A stretch of DNA of 64,000 nucleotides from the NCBI GenBank assembly GCA_964514555.1, contig CAZERM010000001.1, positions 9,682 to 73,681 of the forward strand, written 5' to 3'. Under the pieces are notes generated by a model. It saw only the letters and a list, made by a program, of their open reading frames with translations. It ran no database searches and was not told the origin of the DNA. Source of the DNA: an uncultured Lachnospiraceae bacterium (GTDB lineage Bacteria; Bacillota; Clostridia; Oscillospirales; CAG-272). Numbering within the stretch: position 1 is the stretch's first letter; each line of letters begins with the position of its first letter. This document shows, in pieces, positions 46,281-55,533 of this stretch. The translations under genes and the position numbers were made by a program.

Positions 46281-47530
46281 TTTGAAAAATCCTCCGTGAT
46301 GAACTTCACTGCGTCTTCTGCCGTTGTGTTGTTCTCAACGTGAACGTCGCTCGTGTGCGTGTAGATATCGTATCTTTCCTCGTATCTCTTTTTGAGCATA
46401 TCTTTATCGGAGGAAAGGGGTCTGTCGCTCGTGGGAACGATGAGGTCGATGTCGCGGTCGATGAAGTATATTCTGCCGTTGTGGCGCAAACAAATAACAT
46501 TTTCTTCGCGAAGCACTGCGCCGCCGCCCGTGGATATTACAACGCCTGTCTTATCGGCGCAGATATTTTTGATCGTCTCGCTTTCTGCATCGCGGAAAGC
46601 GGCTTCGCCGTTTGCTTTGATGTATTCGGCGGGAGTGCCGTATTTTTTAGTGAATTCTTCGTCTGTATCGATAAATTCTCTGCCGAGTTTTTCTGCAATG
46701 AGCGCGCCGATGGTGCTCTTGCCGCTGCCGGGCATACCCGTAAGAACGATGTTTTCTTTTGAGTGGAGGATATCTTTATAGATATTTTCCGTTACGGAAT
46801 CGTCAAACTTTTCGTCAAGGAAAAGTTCTGCCGCCGCAACAGCCTGAGCTACGAGCATATAAAGTCCGTTTACCGCAGGGATGCCTCTCATCTGCGCTTT
46901 GATAGCCAATGTAGTTCTCAAAGGATTATAAACTACGTCTACCAAACCTTTAAGGTTCGGGAAGTTGTCAAAACTTACGTCCGTGCCGTCCCAGGGTGTG
47001 CCGTCGCATTTCGGATACATACCGCAAGGAGATGTGTCGATGATAAAATCCGCGTTTGCGTAATCGCGAACAGCATCCGCATAAGAGATGGCTTCGTCAT
47101 GCGCTTCGCATTCAACAAATTTGATAACGCTTGCGCCAAGATCTTCTGCAACTGCGCGAGCCGTTCTGCTCGTACCGCCGTAACCGAGGATGAGGACCAC
47201 CGCATCTTTGAGGTCGAAACCTGCACGAAGGATGAGGTTCTTAAGTCCGATAAAGTCTGTGTTATAGCCGTAGAGCTTGCCCTCTTTGTTGATGGCGACG
47301 TTTACGGCGCCGATGCTCTTTGCCTGCTCGCTTATATAATAAAGGTAAGGTATAATATCTCTTTTATAAGGTATCGTGATATTGATAGCGGTAAAATCGC
47401 GTTTTTCAGCGAAATCCGCAAAATCTTCTTTTGCAACTTCTATGATATCGTATGTATATCTTCCCAATTTTTCATGTATTTCCTTTGAAAAGCTATGGGG
47501 GAGCTTTTCACCGAGAACTCCGTATTTCAT
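46277..47530 (-). CDS. Fused shikimate dehydrogenase / shikimate kinase
   Basis: The N-terminal ~270 aa are AroE-like (NITIPYK, GYGGTSRA). The C-terminal ~150 aa are AroK-like (P-loop GMPGSGKSTIG). Confidence 0.85.
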   Translation of the reverse strand: MKYGVLGEKLPHSFSKEIHEKLGRYTYDIIEVAKEDFADFAEKRDFTAINITIPYKRDIIPYLYYISEQAKSIGAVNVAINKEGKLYGYNTDFIGLKNLILRAGFDLKDAVVLILGYGGTSRTARAVAEDLGASVIKFVECEAHDEAISYADAVRDYANADFIIDTSPCGMYPKCDGTPWDGTDVSFDNFPNLKGLVDVVYNPLRTTLAIKAQMRGIPAVNGLYMLVAQAVAAAELFLDEKFDDSVTENIYKDILHSKENIVLTGMPGSGKSTIGALIAEKLGREFIDTDEEFTKKYGTPAEYIKANGEAAFRDAESETIKNICADKTGVVISTGGGAVLREENVICLRHNGRIYFIDRDIDLIVPTSDRPLSSDKDMLKKRYEERYDIYTHTSDVHVENNTTAEDAVKFITEDFSK

Positions 47531-47600
47531 TTTTATCTCCTATCTCCTGATTTTCTTCAAAGAAAAACAGGCAAAAGAACTTTATTATATGTTTTTGCGC

Positions 47601-48692
47601 TTATTTTTTGAGCGCGTCTGTGCCGTATCTTCCGGAGAGCATATCGCATACTGCGATCGCCGCAAGGCTGTCAACAACTATTCTTGCACGGTGCGCGATG
47701 CACGGGTCATGTCTGCCCTCTATGGAAATATCTTTTTCTTCGTTGGAAACGAAATCTATCGTTTCCTGCTTTTTATATATAGACGGTGTGGGCTTTATTA
47801 CCGTTGTGAAGAGAACGGGGTTGCCGTTCGTTATGCCGCCGTTTATGCCGCCGTTATTGTTCGTTGTCGTATATACTTTGCCGTCATTTATACGGAAAGC
47901 ATCGTTAGCTTGGCTTCCGCGCATCTTTGCAAAATCCGTTCCTGCGCCGAAAAGCACGCCTTTTACACCCGGAACTGAGAACATCATGTGCGAGATGATG
48001 CTTTCGAAAGAATCAAAGTAAGGCTCGCCGACACCTGACGGTATACCTGTTATGACCGTTTCGAGAAGACCGCCTACGCTGTCGCCCTCGGATGCGGCTT
48101 TTTCTATCTCGGTTCGCATTTTCACTTCCGCTTCTTCGGAAAGCACGGGAAATACTTTGCCGTAGAGCGCGTCTATATCTTCTTTGTAATCACCGAAAGT
48201 TCTGTCGGGTATGCCTGCGAGTTCTTTTATATGTGTTCCGATATATATATCATTTTTGGCAAGTGCGGCACGTGCGATCGCTCCTGCCGCAACGAGTGCG
48301 GATGTAACTCTGCCCGAAAAATGACCGCCGCCGCGATAATCCTCATATCCGTGATATTTGCAATAAGCCGCAAAATCAGCGTGTCCGGGACGAGCCAGAC
48401 CATATGTTTTTTTGTAATCCTTGCTTCTTGTATCCGCATTGGGAATGATTATCGCGATGGGTGTGCCCGTAGTCTTGCCTTCGAAAACGCCGCTTGCGAT
48501 GACATATTCGTCTTTTTCCTGTCTTGCCGTGGATATCTTGCCCGCAGGTCTGCGGAGCGTGAGCGCATGGCGTATGTCCTCATCGTTTACTTCGATTCCG
48601 GGCGCGATACCGTCAAGCACTGCGCCGATGAAAGGACCGTGGCTCTCGCCGAATACCGTAAGACTTACGGATGTGCCGAAAGTATTTTTCAT
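47601..48692 (-). CDS. aroC: Chorismate synthase
   Basis: FGESHG and RPGHAD motifs. 363 aa. Confidence 0.93.
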   Translation of the reverse strand: MKNTFGTSVSLTVFGESHGPFIGAVLDGIAPGIEVNDEDIRHALTLRRPAGKISTARQEKDEYVIASGVFEGKTTGTPIAIIIPNADTRSKDYKKTYGLARPGHADFAAYCKYHGYEDYRGGGHFSGRVTSALVAAGAIARAALAKNDIYIGTHIKELAGIPDRTFGDYKEDIDALYGKVFPVLSEEAEVKMRTEIEKAASEGDSVGGLLETVITGIPSGVGEPYFDSFESIISHMMFSVPGVKGVLFGAGTDFAKMRGSQANDAFRINDGKVYTTTNNNGGINGGITNGNPVLFTTVIKPTPSIYKKQETIDFVSNEEKDISIEGRHDPCIAHRARIVVDSLAAIAVCDMLSGRYGTDALKK

Positions 48693-48702
48693 CTTTTTCT
48701 CC

Positions 48703-49722
48703 TTATGCGAATATTTTTGCCGTTCTTTCGCTTATTTCGGGAACGGAAAGCTTCTTTATCTCAAAAGAGCCTATCTCGTTTACGAGCACGGCGTCAATGC
48801 CGTCTGCGGCGCTCTTTTTATCGTGCGCCACTGCGTGCATTACCGTTTCAAGTTCCGCACTGTCGAGTTTGAGCACCGTGGGAAGTTCCGCTTTTTTTAG
48901 CACGGGAATAAGTCTTTCTCTTACACTGTCCGAACACATGGGGAGCATACCGAGCGCCACACATTCGCCGTGATAGAGCGAACCTGCTTTTTCGCTTTCG
49001 ATACCATGACCGACGGTATGACCGAAGTTGAGTATCTTACGAAGTCCCGATTCTTTTTCGTCAAATTCCACGACGTGCTTTTTGATGAGCAATGCACGTT
49101 CTATTACCGTGTCGATATCAGCATAGATATCGTCAGCCGCTTCGAGCATCTCAAAAAGTTTTGCATCGGATGTAGCGGACATCTTTATAGCCTCTGCCAT
49201 GCCTGCCGCTACCTGACGTTTGGGAAGTGTTTTCAATACATTCGGGTCGATGATGACCTTTTTCGGCTGATAAAATGCGCCGATGATGTTTTTGTATCCG
49301 CCGAAATCGACTGCCGTCTTGCCGCCGATGGACGAATCCACCTGAGAAAGGAGCGTTGTGGGGATGTTGTAAAAGTCAACACCACGCATATACATCGATG
49401 CGGCAAAGCCGGAAAGGTCGCCGACAACACCGCCGCCGACAGCTATAACGGCATCTTTACGGGAAAATCCCGATTCGAGCATAGCGGAAAGTATTTTTTG
49501 GAGCTGTTCGAAAGATTTGCTCTCCTCGCCCTGCGGAATGACCACTTTAACGGCAGTCTTTGCAAAAGAAGCTACCTTGTCCGCGTATTCGGACGGCACA
49601 CCGCTGTCCGTAACAACGAGCACCTTGCGGTCCATGGGGATAAGCTCGCCCACGCGCTCGAGCGCGCCTCTTGAAAGTTCTATATCATAGCTTGATGCAC
49701 CAAGCTCTACTCTGATAACCAT
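48703..49722 (-). CDS. aroB: 3-dehydroquinate synthase
   Basis: GGGVVGDLSGFAA, NFGHTVGH. 339 aa. Confidence 0.9.
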   Translation of the reverse strand: MVIRVELGASSYDIELSRGALERVGELIPMDRKVLVVTDSGVPSEYADKVASFAKTAVKVVIPQGEESKSFEQLQKILSAMLESGFSRKDAVIAVGGGVVGDLSGFAASMYMRGVDFYNIPTTLLSQVDSSIGGKTAVDFGGYKNIIGAFYQPKKVIIDPNVLKTLPKRQVAAGMAEAIKMSATSDAKLFEMLEAADDIYADIDTVIERALLIKKHVVEFDEKESGLRKILNFGHTVGHGIESEKAGSLYHGECVALGMLPMCSDSVRERLIPVLKKAELPTVLKLDSAELETVMHAVAHDKKSAADGIDAVLVNEIGSFEIKKLSVPEISERTAKIFA

Positions 49723-49743
49723 AATATATTCCTCAAATTATCT

Positions 49744-50826
49744 TTATTTTACCGCATATGAGCCGACGAGTTTGAGTCTGTCGCAAACATCGCAAAGCTC
49801 TTCCATCATTTCTTCGCCGTTCTTGTTTCTTACGTCGCCCTCTGCTTCAAGGTAGAAGTAATACTGCCACATAAGCTCACGCATGGGGCGAGAGTGAAGT
49901 CCGCGCATATTATATCCATGTCTGCCGATGATGTCCATCGCTTTTGCGAGTGCGCCTGCTTCGTTTTTAACCGTGAAAACGAGCATGAAGTTGTCGTCGG
50001 GCTTACCGATGCGCTTATTTTCAACGCGCGAGAGAGTTGCAAAGCGTGTTGTGTTCATGTTGCTTTCGTTGATGCCGTGTGCAAGCACCGTAAGACCGTA
50101 TATTCTGGCTGCTTCATCGCCTGCGATAGCCGCCGTTGTCTTGTCGCCGAGTTCGGCAACGTGTTTTGCAGCAAGAGCCGTGTTTGAATATGAAGAAGGT
50201 GTGATATTGTGCTCTTTCAAATATACAGCGGACTGTTCCAACGCCTGCGGATGGCTTATCGCCTGTTTGATATCCTCAAGCTTGCTTCCGGGAACGCCCA
50301 AAAGGTTCTGTGTAACCGCAAGACCCAAAACATTGTTTATATAAAGTGAGCCTGAGAAGATAAGGTCCATTACCTGACCTACTTCGCCTGCGTAGCTGTT
50401 CTCGATGGGCAATACAACGCTATCGCATTCACCGTTTACAACGGCATTGTAAGCCGCTTCGAAGTTGGGATATGCGATGTGCTGACCGTCGGGGAAAAGT
50501 TTTTCCGCCGCGAGAGAAGCGAACGCACCCGGGATGCCGCTGTATGCGATCTTTGCGCCGCTGATGAGCTTATGCTGGAAATTGCGCGAGATCTCCATTG
50601 TATATTTAAGATAATTTACATAATAGGAACGAAGCTCTTCGTCCTCAACGAGTGCGCTGTTTTTTGCGATAACAGCATCTTCGCGCGCGGTATCAAGAAT
50701 GGGGAGTCCTCTTTTTTTCTTGTATTCCGCAACGGCGCGCACTGCATTCATTCTTTTGCAAAAAAGCTCCGCAATGCCTTTATCCGCCTCGTTTATTTCT
50801 TTTCTTGCTTTTTCAAGTTCGTCCAT
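49744..50826 (-). CDS. pheA: Bifunctional chorismate mutase / prephenate dehydratase
   Basis: An N-terminal AroQ-type chorismate mutase helix bundle, followed by PDT (GIPGAFAS) and a C-terminal ACT domain. 360 aa. Confidence 0.88.
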   Translation of the reverse strand: MDELEKARKEINEADKGIAELFCKRMNAVRAVAEYKKKRGLPILDTAREDAVIAKNSALVEDEELRSYYVNYLKYTMEISRNFQHKLISGAKIAYSGIPGAFASLAAEKLFPDGQHIAYPNFEAAYNAVVNGECDSVVLPIENSYAGEVGQVMDLIFSGSLYINNVLGLAVTQNLLGVPGSKLEDIKQAISHPQALEQSAVYLKEHNITPSSYSNTALAAKHVAELGDKTTAAIAGDEAARIYGLTVLAHGINESNMNTTRFATLSRVENKRIGKPDDNFMLVFTVKNEAGALAKAMDIIGRHGYNMRGLHSRPMRELMWQYYFYLEAEGDVRNKNGEEMMEELCDVCDRLKLVGSYAVK

Positions 50827-50842
50827 TTCCGTTCTCCGTTCC

Positions 50843-52033
50843 TTAAATTTTTCCGTAATCCTCTGCCAAAGCTTTAAACGCGGGCAATGCGCGTTCTATC
50901 TGCTCTGTGGTAACGCAATATGATATTCTTACATATCCCTCTACACCGAAAGAATCCGAGGGAACGAGCAAAAGCTCGTGTTTTTTTGCTCTCTCGCAAA
51001 ATTCGCCCGCATTCTCTTCAAATGCTTTCACGAACATATAGAAAGCGCCGTCGGGGTATACACATTCGTATCCGTAACTCGTAAGCTCTTTGTAAAGGAG
51101 CTTTCTGTTCGTATCGTATACAGTTGTGTCGGATGTTTTGCCCAAGCACGCAGGTATGACTTTCTGCATAAGGCTGGGGGCGCAAACGAAACCGAGCGCT
51201 CTGCCTGCGCCGCAAACAGCAAAGAAAAGCTCTTTCCAAGCTTCGCATTTGCGAGAAACGCAGATATAACCGATTCGCTCACCGGGAAGCGAAAGAGATT
51301 TGCTGAATGAATAGCAGGATATCGTGTTGTCATAATAGTTCGGCACATACGGTGCAACAGCGCCGCCGTACACGAGTTCACGATAAGGTTCATCCGATAT
51401 TATATATATAGGATGTGAATATTCTTTTTCTTTTGCGGAAAGCAGAGCGGCAAGCGCTTTTATGCTCTCCTCTGAAAATACAACGCCCGTGGGGTTGTTC
51501 GGTGAGTTTACTATAACAGCTTTCGTGTGCTCATTCACCGCAGAAGCGAGCGCTTCCACATCCACCTGAAAATCACCTGCGCGACACTGCGCTACAACGA
51601 GCTTTGCGCCCGCACTCTCCGCAAATACACGATATTCGGGGAAAAACGGAGCAAGAGCAACAACTTCGTCCCCTTCGCAAACGATCGCATTTAGGCTTAC
51701 CGTAAGGGACGCCGCCGCGCCGACCGTCATATAGATGTTGTCGGCTTCATCGTTCGTTCCGTATACATCGGAAAGATATTTTGCAATAGCTTTTCTCGTT
51801 TCCATGTCTCCCGGTGCGGATGTATATCCGTGAAGGTCGATGGGATCTGCCTCATCGATAAGCTTTTTGATAGTTTCGTTCACGATGGGCGGAGGGCAAA
51901 CGCTGGGGTTGCCCAAACTGAAATCAAATACATTTTCAGCGCCGATCTCGGCTTTTCTTTTTTTGCCGTATTCGAATATTTCGCGTATCGCCGAGCTTTT
52001 TTTGCCCAGCGCAAGCATTTTTTCGGAAATCAT
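50843..52033 (-). CDS. Class I/II PLP-dependent aminotransferase (probable aromatic/aspartate aminotransferase)
   Basis: PLP-lysine motif YSFSKSLSLPGERIGY. Start trimmed to ATG 52031-52033, after GGGGGAGA. Confidence 0.85.
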   Translation of the reverse strand: MISEKMLALGKKSSAIREIFEYGKKRKAEIGAENVFDFSLGNPSVCPPPIVNETIKKLIDEADPIDLHGYTSAPGDMETRKAIAKYLSDVYGTNDEADNIYMTVGAAASLTVSLNAIVCEGDEVVALAPFFPEYRVFAESAGAKLVVAQCRAGDFQVDVEALASAVNEHTKAVIVNSPNNPTGVVFSEESIKALAALLSAKEKEYSHPIYIISDEPYRELVYGGAVAPYVPNYYDNTISCYSFSKSLSLPGERIGYICVSRKCEAWKELFFAVCGAGRALGFVCAPSLMQKVIPACLGKTSDTTVYDTNRKLLYKELTSYGYECVYPDGAFYMFVKAFEENAGEFCERAKKHELLLVPSDSFGVEGYVRISYCVTTEQIERALPAFKALAEDYGKI

Positions 52034-52083
52034 AATATATCTTCTCCCCCAATAAACGGTATATGCCGTATGAATATTCATAC

Positions 52084-52117
52084 AAAAAACGCAGAATGCT
52101 TTTTCATGCACTCTGCG
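52084..52117 (-). terminator. Attenuator terminator in the aro operon leader
   Basis: Minus strand: CGCAGAGTGC-atgaaaaa-GCATTCTGCG followed by TTTTTT, 50 nt upstream of the first gene's ATG. Confidence 0.75.
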
Positions 52118-52211
52118 AAAAATAAAGAGTGCCGCAAAAAGCTTGTGGCATTCTGCGGCACAAATCGTCTTTTCTGTAAATCAAAAAAACTATGCGGAAA
52201 ACAGACTGCCC

Positions 52212-52268
52212 TCATAAAGACGCAGTATAATAATAAAATCGCATAGCATAATAATACAAGTTTTTCAT
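52212..52268 (-). CDS. Candidate Tyr-rich leader peptide MKNLYYYAMRFYYYTASL
   Basis: Own translation. The ATG lies 10 nt after GAAAGGA. 6 Tyr and 1 Phe in 18 codons. It sits between a consensus promoter and the attenuator terminator. Confidence 0.55.
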   Translation of the reverse strand: MKNLYYYAMRFYYYTASL

Positions 52269-52317
52269 TATTATATCGTCCTTTCTTTATGCGGGGTTTT
52301 TTCCGCCTTTTTGTTTA

Positions 52318-52346
52318 ATTATACACTCTTGTGCATATCATGTCAA
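52318..52346 (-). promoter_or_regulatory. Consensus SigA-type promoter of the aro/phe/tyr operon
   Basis: Minus strand: TTGACA, 17 nt, TATAAT. Confidence 0.75.
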
Positions 52347-52374
52347 TATTTTTCTGACAAAAATATTTCTTTTG

Positions 52375-53148
52375 TCAGTTTCCGCATTCAACGCTTATCT
52401 CGTTGAACAATGCCAATATATCATCGACGTTTGTTTTGGCTTTTTCCTCGCTCGCTCTGTCGAGCACGGCGTTTCCGTTGTGCATCATGAGCAATCTGTT
52501 GCCGTATTCAACGGCAAAACGCAAGTTATGCGTTACCATAAGCGCGGTAAGCTCTTTTTCCTTTACGACTTTGTTCGTAAGTTCCATGATGATATCCGCC
52601 GTCTTGGGGTCGAGCGCCGCCGTATGCTCGTCGAGTATGAGCATATCTATCGGTGTCATCGTCGTCATAACGAGCGCCATAGCTTGGCGCTGACCGCCCG
52701 AAAGCAAGCCGACTTTTACGTTCATCTTGTCCTCAAGTCCAAGACCGAGGGGAGCCAAAAGCTCCTGATAATGAGAGATGCGCTTTTTGTTTATGCCAAA
52801 GCCAAAGCCCGAGCGGATGCCCTTCTGCTCCGCAAGCGCCATGTTCTCCGTTATCGTCAAATGAGGGCAAGTGCCCATGGAAGGATCTTGATATACTCTG
52901 CCGATGGTCTTGTAGCGTTTGAATTCGGCAAGGGATGTTATATCTTTGCCGCCAACGATTATCTTGCCGCCGTCTATCGGGATAGATCCGCAGATTATAT
53001 TGAGCATGGTAGTTTTACCGCTGCCGTTGGAGCCTACGACGGAAACGAACTCGCCCTTTTTAACTTTGAGCGAAAAATCATCGAAAAGAACAGATTCGTT
53101 GACCGTTCCGCGGTTGAAGACCTTATGTATATTTTGTAATTCAAGCAT
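52375..53148 (-). CDS. ABC transporter ATP-binding protein (TrpZ-like; putative Trp/Tyr uptake system)
   Basis: Walker A GSNGSGKTT, signature LSGGQRQ. Start trimmed to MLELQNIHKVF, giving an 8-nt overlap with the permease stop. Confidence 0.85.
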   Translation of the reverse strand: MLELQNIHKVFNRGTVNESVLFDDFSLKVKKGEFVSVVGSNGSGKTTMLNIICGSIPIDGGKIIVGGKDITSLAEFKRYKTIGRVYQDPSMGTCPHLTITENMALAEQKGIRSGFGFGINKKRISHYQELLAPLGLGLEDKMNVKVGLLSGGQRQAMALVMTTMTPIDMLILDEHTAALDPKTADIIMELTNKVVKEKELTALMVTHNLRFAVEYGNRLLMMHNGNAVLDRASEEKAKTNVDDILALFNEISVECGN

Positions 53149-54097
53149 CGTGTTTCTTTCCACCTTTCGAAACGGAGCGTTTACGCAAGAACGCGGATAT
53201 CTTATCATTAAATATAAGGATGAGCGCAAACAATACCGCGTTGAGCAATTTAAGATATATGCCGTCCTTGTCAACAAGAACGAGGTAGTTAAGGCAGAGC
53301 GAATATACTATTGCGCCGATAACGACGGATGTCGTTTCCTTGATAAATTTGATATTGGAGAATATCGCCGTACCGATTATAACGGAGGCAAGCGCAAGGA
53401 CAGCTTTACCTGTGCCGGCGCTGTTGTCATATGATTTTGTAAACTGAGAATATATCGCGCCGGACATCGCAACGAAGCCGTTTGCAAGTGCAAGACCGAA
53501 TATTTTGTAATTTCCCGCGTTTTTCGCAAGAGTTACGGCAACTCTCTCGTTATCGCCTGTCGCGCGGAGCATATATCCCGCTTTTGTTTTGAGGAAAAGG
53601 TCAACCGCCAACTTCAAAACGATGACTATGACGAGTAACATCGCAATTATAACGTAATCTTTTGCGCCCTTGCCGAACATCTCAACAAATTTGCCGTTGA
53701 AAATGCCTTCGAGGTTTTCGCTCTTGTAGGAGAATATCGTTGTTGTGAAGCCTGTTTTCGTAAGAAGCTGTGTGAGCGCAAGGTTTACGGAGAGGAGCGC
53801 CGTCATAACGATGATACCCGAAAGAAGATTGGAGATCTTAAATTTAACATGGAGTATACCTGTTACGGCGCCTGCCGCCATGCCGACGAAAAACGAAAGC
53901 ACTATTGCAAGGATCGGATGTATTTCGAGCTTCAACATAAGTATCGTGCTGACAACGCCGCCCAAAGGAAAAGTGCCGTCCACCGACATATCGGGAAAAT
54001 CCAATATCGAATATGAGATATAAACGCCGAGCGCGATGACCGCGAAGCACAGACCCATCTGAAGTCCGTCTATTGTTGTACCTAAAAATAAAGACAT
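53141..54097 (-). CDS. ABC transporter permease (TrpY-like)
   Basis: 318-aa polytopic protein in an operon with the SBP and ATPase genes. Confidence 0.8.
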   Translation of the reverse strand: MSLFLGTTIDGLQMGLCFAVIALGVYISYSILDFPDMSVDGTFPLGGVVSTILMLKLEIHPILAIVLSFFVGMAAGAVTGILHVKFKISNLLSGIIVMTALLSVNLALTQLLTKTGFTTTIFSYKSENLEGIFNGKFVEMFGKGAKDYVIIAMLLVIVIVLKLAVDLFLKTKAGYMLRATGDNERVAVTLAKNAGNYKIFGLALANGFVAMSGAIYSQFTKSYDNSAGTGKAVLALASVIIGTAIFSNIKFIKETTSVVIGAIVYSLCLNYLVLVDKDGIYLKLLNAVLFALILIFNDKISAFLRKRSVSKGGKKHDA

Positions 54098-54156
54098 ATC
54101 TTAAACCTTTCTGAAAATAAGCTTTTATTTGTTTGCGAAAAGCTTATTTTTTATTA

Positions 54157-55122
54157 TCATTCCGCTTCGGCAACGTCCGTTACGGAGATACCTTCGGGAA
54201 CTGCAAGACCCAAGTTCTTGCAAACTTCGCTGTTATAATAATTTGTGGGATCCGTGATATATGAAACGGGGAGTTCGTCTGCGTTCTTGCCGTTCAATAC
54301 CATTGCGGCGGATTCACCCGTGAGCTTGCCGACGAAAACATAGTCGATGGATGCGCTTGCCGCACAGCCTACTTTTACCTGTTCTATCTCGGAGCCGAAT
54401 ACGGGAATATTTTTGTCATTTGTGATAGGGAGGATATTTGTTTCAAGCTTGCCTACAACAGTGTTGTCGAGGATATTGATAAAGCAATCCGCGCCACGGT
54501 CAATAAGTTCCGTTGTTTTGGAGTCGATCGTTGTGATATCCGCAACGGCGCTGGCGAGTATCTCCATGCCGTTGTATTTTTCAGCGGCTTTTTCAAGGCT
54601 TGCTACCTGAACGGGAGAGCTGGATTCTTCCGTGGAATAGAGCACGCCGATCTTGAGGTCTGTCTTGCCCATGAAAGCCGTTACAACTTCGAGCTGTTTT
54701 TCAAAATTGGGGATATCGGAAGAACCTGTAACATTTTCGTAGTTTTCCATAACGCTTGCATCTGTAACAGCGCAGAATACAACAGGTATCTCACCATCGG
54801 ATGCTGTTGCCGCCGTTACGGCAGAGGGTGTTGCTATAGCTATGATGAGAGCGGCTTTTTTATTGATGAATGTTTTTGCCTGAGACTGGGAAACGCTTGC
54901 ATCGAAGTTGCTGTTTACATATTCGATGTTGTAATCTTCCGCTGTGATACCGTGAGCGGCAAGACCCTGCATAACGCCTTCGTAGCAGTTGTTAAGGGAA
55001 GCGTGGGAGCCGAACTGTATGATGCCGATAGTGGGCTTATCATCAGAGGAGCAGGAAGCGAATGTAAAGAGCATAACGGCAAGCATTGCCGCTGCCATGA
55101 GCATGGATATTATTTTTTTCAT
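54157..55122 (-). CDS. ABC transporter substrate-binding lipoprotein (ABC_sub_bind / TrpX-like family)
   Basis: Lipobox FASCSS followed by KPTIGIIQFGSHASLN, typical of the family annotated as putative tryptophan/tyrosine transport SBPs. It lies downstream of a UGG T-box. Confidence 0.75.
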   Translation of the reverse strand: MKKIISMLMAAAMLAVMLFTFASCSSDDKPTIGIIQFGSHASLNNCYEGVMQGLAAHGITAEDYNIEYVNSNFDASVSQSQAKTFINKKAALIIAIATPSAVTAATASDGEIPVVFCAVTDASVMENYENVTGSSDIPNFEKQLEVVTAFMGKTDLKIGVLYSTEESSSPVQVASLEKAAEKYNGMEILASAVADITTIDSKTTELIDRGADCFINILDNTVVGKLETNILPITNDKNIPVFGSEIEQVKVGCAASASIDYVFVGKLTGESAAMVLNGKNADELPVSYITDPTNYYNSEVCKNLGLAVPEGISVTDVAEAE

Positions 55123-55246
55123 GATAAATTTTCCTTTCGAGATCCAAAAAATATTTATATTTTACCTTTTAAAAATATCTGTTCTTCGCCATCGTGAAGA
55201 AAAAATAAACATAAGCCCTGTCCTTTCGAAATTCTTTAATAAAAAC

Positions 55247-55527
55247 AAAAAACGCCCTAATGTCATCAAATGACATTGGGACGAAAATAAACATTATCCG
55301 CGGTACCACCCACATATTCGGAGAAAAAAACTCCGCACTTTTCGCATACATTCATACACGGCGCAATGATAACGGAAACGCACCCCGTCAGAGCCTACTT
55401 GAGATCTTTCGGTCTGCCCTCGGAAGTCCATTCACAGAAGTTCCACGCACCGCTTCTCACCAACCGCGGCTCTCTTTGCCGTTTTTCAACTGCTACTTCT
55501 CTCCCTCATAGGTTTGAGATATCTAAT
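55247..55527 (-). promoter_or_regulatory. T-box leader, specifier codon UGG (Trp)
   Basis: Minus strand. Stem I contains GAGAGAAGTAG, the AG bulge AAAGAGAG, the distal loop GGTTGGTGAGAA and the specifier loop GTGAA-TGG-A (TGG at 55430-55428). The T-box core GTGGGTGGTACCGCGG lies at 55313-55298. The terminator CGTCCCAATGTCA-ttga-TGACATTAGGGCG is followed by T6. Confidence 0.85.
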
Positions 55528-55533
55528 AATTCG

